From: Anaerolineae bacterium
Lineage (GTDB): Bacteria > Chloroflexota > Anaerolineae > UBA1429
Direction of reading: 5' to 3'
NCBI GenBank assembly: GCA_034433995.1
Contig: DAOTZU010000032.1
Coordinates: forward strand, 1 to 52,164
Length of the DNA: 52,164 nucleotides
Numbering within the stretch: position 1 is the first letter of the stretch; every line of letters starts with the position of its first letter. Under the pieces are notes generated by a model that was not told where the DNA came from, made no database searches, and saw only the letters and a program-made list of their open reading frames with translations. This document shows, in pieces, positions 49,722-52,164 of this stretch. The translations under genes and the position numbers were made by a program.

Positions 49722-49751
49722 GCGCAAACGTAAACCCCGCACGGTCTTCAG

Positions 49752-49792
49752 ACAAAAAAGAGACCCCCACTTGCCTCAGCGAGGGTCTCCTG
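49752..49792 (-). terminator. Candidate intrinsic terminator after the sugar transferase gene
   Basis: On the minus strand, AGGAGACCC, a ~16-nt loop, GGGTCTCTT, running into TTTTTTG. It lies 10 nt after the stop at 49802. Confidence 0.55.
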
Positions 49793-49801
49793 GCTATGCC
49801 T

Positions 49802-50590
49802 CTAGCGCACGCCACGGCCCTTGAGCACGGCAGGGATCGTGGCCAGAAGGATCTTGCCATCCAGGCGCAGCGACCGCTGGCGGGCGTAGGCGATATCCAA
49901 AGAAACCATCTCATCGAAGGAGAGCTCGTTGCGGCCCATCACCTGCCAGAGGCCCGTCAGCCCTTGGGTCACCGTCAGGCGCTGCAGGTGCCAAGGCTTG
50001 TACTGGCGCACTTCGTAAGGGATCGCCGGGCGCGGCCCCACAAAACTCATCTCACCACGGAGGATGTTGATCAGCTGGGGCAGCTCATCCAAGCTGGTTT
50101 TGCGCAAGAAGCGGCCCACCCGGGTCACCCGCCGGTCGTTGCCCAGCTTGTAAAGCTTTTTCCCATCGTCCTCCATCTTTTCGGCCTGGCCGTTGATCAG
50201 ACTCTCCACGTAACGGCGATGGCAATCCTGGTCGGCATTATGATACATGGTGCGGAACTTGTAGAAGGTAAAGGTGTGCTCCTCCGGCCGACCGTCGTTC
50301 AAGGATTGATCACCCAAAACCCGCTGCTGGCGAAAGATCACCGGGCCGGGGGAATCCAAAGCGATGGCCAAGGCGATCACGGCCATCAGCGGCGCCAAAA
50401 GAACAAGCAACACCAGCGCCAAGATCACATCCAAGGCCCGCTTCACCAAAAGATATAGCTGATCCGCCGTGGGGATGGCCAGGCTGGGGAGATAAGTCGC
50501 TTCACGCAGATGGGAAATCTTGGTTGCCACAGGATGACCCCTTGCCGGAGAAGGATATGCTTTCTTGCTTCCGTGGTCATTGTAGCGCAA
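49802..50590 (-). CDS. Polyprenyl-phosphate sugar phosphotransferase (bacterial sugar transferase, WbaP/EpsL C-terminal type)
   Basis: [48 protein letters not shown] and [21 protein letters not shown] are family hallmarks. The start is uncertain: TTG 50590, or GTG 50530 with AGGGG 7 nt upstream. Confidence 0.85.
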   Translation of the reverse strand: MRYNDHGSKKAYPSPARGHPVATKISHLREATYLPSLAIPTADQLYLLVKRALDVILALVLLVLLAPLMAVIALAIALDSPGPVIFRQQRVLGDQSLNDGRPEEHTFTFYKFRTMYHNADQDCHRRYVESLINGQAEKMEDDGKKLYKLGNDRRVTRVGRFLRKTSLDELPQLINILRGEMSFVGPRPAIPYEVRQYKPWHLQRLTVTQGLTGLWQVMGRNELSFDEMVSLDIAYARQRSLRLDGKILLATIPAVLKGRGVR

Positions 50591-50740
50591 AGAGATGAAG
50601 GCTCGATGAAAGAGGGGGGATCCCAGGATGACAGATTGTTCATCTTGGCGTGTAGCTTGCAGCCACCACCTTCAAGCACTGGGACCTTGCAGGGACGGAT
50701 GCGAGGGGGATAGGGCCTCTCTGTTTCTGCTTTGACAACA

Positions 50741-50775
50741 GGAACCGAGAGGGAGCTTTGCTCCCTCTCGGTTCC
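50741..50775 (-). terminator. Candidate terminator hairpin after the bactofilin-like gene
   Basis: GGAACCGAGAGGGAGC ttt GCTCCCTCTCGGTTCC forms a 16-bp perfect stem starting 11 nt after the stop at 50787. On the minus strand it is followed by TGTTGTC. Confidence 0.55.
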
Positions 50776-50786
50776 CATCGGGCATT

Positions 50787-51902
50787 TCAGCTCCCGGAGG
50801 GCGGGGGCGCATCTTCGTCGCCCAGATCCTCCGGCCCCAAAGGGCGGGTATCCTTGCGTTGCAGGGGACGGGAGGCGCCGGGGGACGCGGCCCCGGCGGC
50901 AGCCGGGGTTGAAGCCGAGACATTGGGCCGGGCCGGCAACATGTCCAACGGAGTGCCGGCCCCATAAGTCACGGTGCCCAGCCGCGTCAGCACGGCAGCG
51001 CCCAGGCTCCACGCAGCCAGGGACAAAATGACCAAGGTCCCCAAACAGGGGATGTTCGCCGCAAGACCGATGAGCGCCGCCCCCAGCAGGGTCTCGACCA
51101 GGGGCGAGCTCCCCCTCAGGCCCAGCCCCTGGAACACCCTCCGGCCCAGCAGCTCGCCCAGGGCAACCCAGCCGGCCAGGGCGCAGGCCAGCGTCGCCGC
51201 GATGAGCACCACGGCGAAGGGGATGCCCACGCAGAGGAGCACCAACAGGGGCAGGAGGAGCACCAAGAGGCCCAAGGTGAGCGCGCCCAGGGCCAAGGAG
51301 ATCACCATTCTATGGCTCATGGCCTGGCCCAACCGGGCCACATGGTGGGGCGCGAGGAACCGCAAAAGGATCGCCAAGACAAGGAGGGCGCTCCACACCA
51401 TCACCCGGCGCAACACCCGCGAGAGCATATCCCACGGGGCGGCCGGGGGCGTCGGCCGCGGGGAGGCGGCACGCCGCTGCCCCTGCCAAATGAACGCCAG
51501 GTGATCGAGGCTCCCCATCACGTCCATCCCCTGCACGACGTTTCCGTTGATCCGCGCCTCCGGATGGCGCCGCACCGTGCCAAAGACCACCAAATCGCCT
51601 TGGATCACGGCCGTCGCGGCCAGCTCCACGGTGCCGCCCACGGCCACCACGTCGCCGGCCACCTCCCCCTCCACCAGCGCCTCGCCGCCCAGGATGGCCA
51701 CATCGCCGCGCACCAGGCTGCCGCGCTCCAGATGCACCCGGCCGCCCCAGATGGCCAGGTCGTTATCCACCTCCTGGCCCTCATGCAAGGTGTAATCCTG
51801 CCCGATGAGGGCGACGGTGCGCCCACCATCGGCCACGACGGGCGCGGCGCCGAGCACCAGAAGCCATAGCACCAATGCCAAACGCAGCACATGCGATCTC
51901 AT
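50787..51902 (-). CDS. Membrane protein with an exported bactofilin-like (polymer-forming cytoskeletal family) beta-helix repeat region
   Basis: Signal peptide MRSHVLRLALVLWLLVLGAAPVVADG. Then repeats of the kind GDVAILGGEALVEGEVAGDVVAVGGTVELAATAVIQGDLVVFGTV. About five TM helices and a P/A-rich tail follow. The ATG at 51902 overlaps the upstream stop as ATGA. Confidence 0.5.
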   Translation of the reverse strand: MRSHVLRLALVLWLLVLGAAPVVADGGRTVALIGQDYTLHEGQEVDNDLAIWGGRVHLERGSLVRGDVAILGGEALVEGEVAGDVVAVGGTVELAATAVIQGDLVVFGTVRRHPEARINGNVVQGMDVMGSLDHLAFIWQGQRRAASPRPTPPAAPWDMLSRVLRRVMVWSALLVLAILLRFLAPHHVARLGQAMSHRMVISLALGALTLGLLVLLLPLLVLLCVGIPFAVVLIAATLACALAGWVALGELLGRRVFQGLGLRGSSPLVETLLGAALIGLAANIPCLGTLVILSLAAWSLGAAVLTRLGTVTYGAGTPLDMLPARPNVSASTPAAAGAASPGASRPLQRKDTRPLGPEDLGDEDAPPPSGS

Positions 51903-52164
51903 GATGTCCTCCGCAACGATCGGCCTTGGCGCTCCTGGGCGCTCACCCGTTGCACCGGGCGAACGACCCAACGCGCCCACCACGCGCCCAGCGCCGTGGC
52001 CAAGGCCACATAGGCCACCAGGATAAGCCAGTTAGGGCTGGCCCAAACGGCCCTGAGCAAAAGGCCCCCAGCGCGCCACATCGTCTGCAAGACGCCCCAC
52101 AAACGGCCCAAAACGCCCACCAGGGCACTGATCGTCGTGGGGCTATCGGCGATGATCAGCGTCA
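51899..52164 (-). CDS. Hypothetical membrane protein, possibly 5'-truncated by the window edge
   Basis: The frame stays open to the window end (...TLIIADSPTTISALVGVLGRLWGVLQTMW...). A GTG at 52120 is an alternative internal start. The segment WLILVAYVALATALGAWWA is hydrophobic. Confidence 0.4.
   Translation of the reverse strand, partial: TLIIADSPTTISALVGVLGRLWGVLQTMWRAGGLLLRAVWASPNWLILVAYVALATALGAWWARWVVRPVQRVSAQERQGRSLRRTS

Noticed and set aside
749-49733. Many long ORFs in the six-frame track lie antisense to, or out of frame with, the genes I called. Examples: 749-2029(+), 2073-3638(+), 4483-6024(+), 6662-8425(+), 13173-15017(+), 16217-17599(+), 27133-29559(+), 30474-32636(-), 33640-35136(-), 40817-42466(-), 43032-45563(+), 45637-46977(+), 48342-49733(+).
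   Set aside because: Their translations are Arg/Gly/Pro/Ala/His-rich low-complexity strings with no recognisable motifs, as expected for shadow ORFs in high-GC DNA. Each overlaps a gene on the other strand or frame that has clear family motifs and a ribosome-binding site.
50579-50584. TACAAT on the minus strand just inside the annotated 5' end of the sugar transferase ORF as its -10 element.
   Set aside because: No acceptable -35 or extended -10 lies upstream, so the evidence is a single hexamer. I left the start (TTG 50590 versus GTG 50530) unresolved instead.

Overview
High-GC (about two-thirds G+C by eye), gene-dense bacterial chromosomal segment. I support about 37 protein-coding genes, with short gaps or overlapping stop/start codons. 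I found no rRNA, tRNA, CRISPR array, transposase, integrase or phage gene. Gene content and style (type-2 IPP isomerase, gatC, P/T-rich linkers, leaderless genes) fit a Chloroflexota-like organism, but that is only a guess.

Gene layout, left to right:
- gatC (partial).
- A tightly packed minus-strand block of eight genes of unknown function (872-8592). It holds a HEAT-repeat protein, five membrane proteins including a zinc-ribbon membrane protein, an orphan GlmL/MutL-type ASKHA ATPase and a 353-aa protein.
- Three tandem 140-bp highly structured repeats (8660-9123).
- A CPBP protease.
- One co-directional block: type-2 IDI, polyprenyl synthase, PbpC and a 1980-aa thioester alpha-2-macroglobulin lipoprotein.
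- A SEC-C protein/HAD/galK/MFS block.
- An envelope-glycan block: cyclase-family protein, B12-radical SAM, rfbB, flippase-like protein, GT2.
- An MrfA/YprA-type DUF1998 helicase followed by a YjgR/HerA-like ATPase.
- GH29 fucosidase, a zinc-dependent alcohol dehydrogenase (ADH) and a PIG-L deacetylase.
- Two convergent operons (VIT-VWA + DUF3160-like lipoprotein; DUF58 + transglutaminase). Both are preceded by the same ~36-bp palindrome.
- Two tandem DNRLRE/DUF11 secreted paralogs, a sugar phosphotransferase and an exported bactofilin-like membrane protein.

Several near-consensus sigma70-type promoters are readable, and two of them sit 7 nt from an ATG (leaderless).

The best candidates for something undescribed are:
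- the tandem structured 140-bp elements;
- the eight-gene GlmL-type ATPase/membrane operon;
- the palindrome-flanked, MoxR-less VWA/DUF58/transglutaminase module.

All family assignments come from motif recognition by eye; no searches were run.
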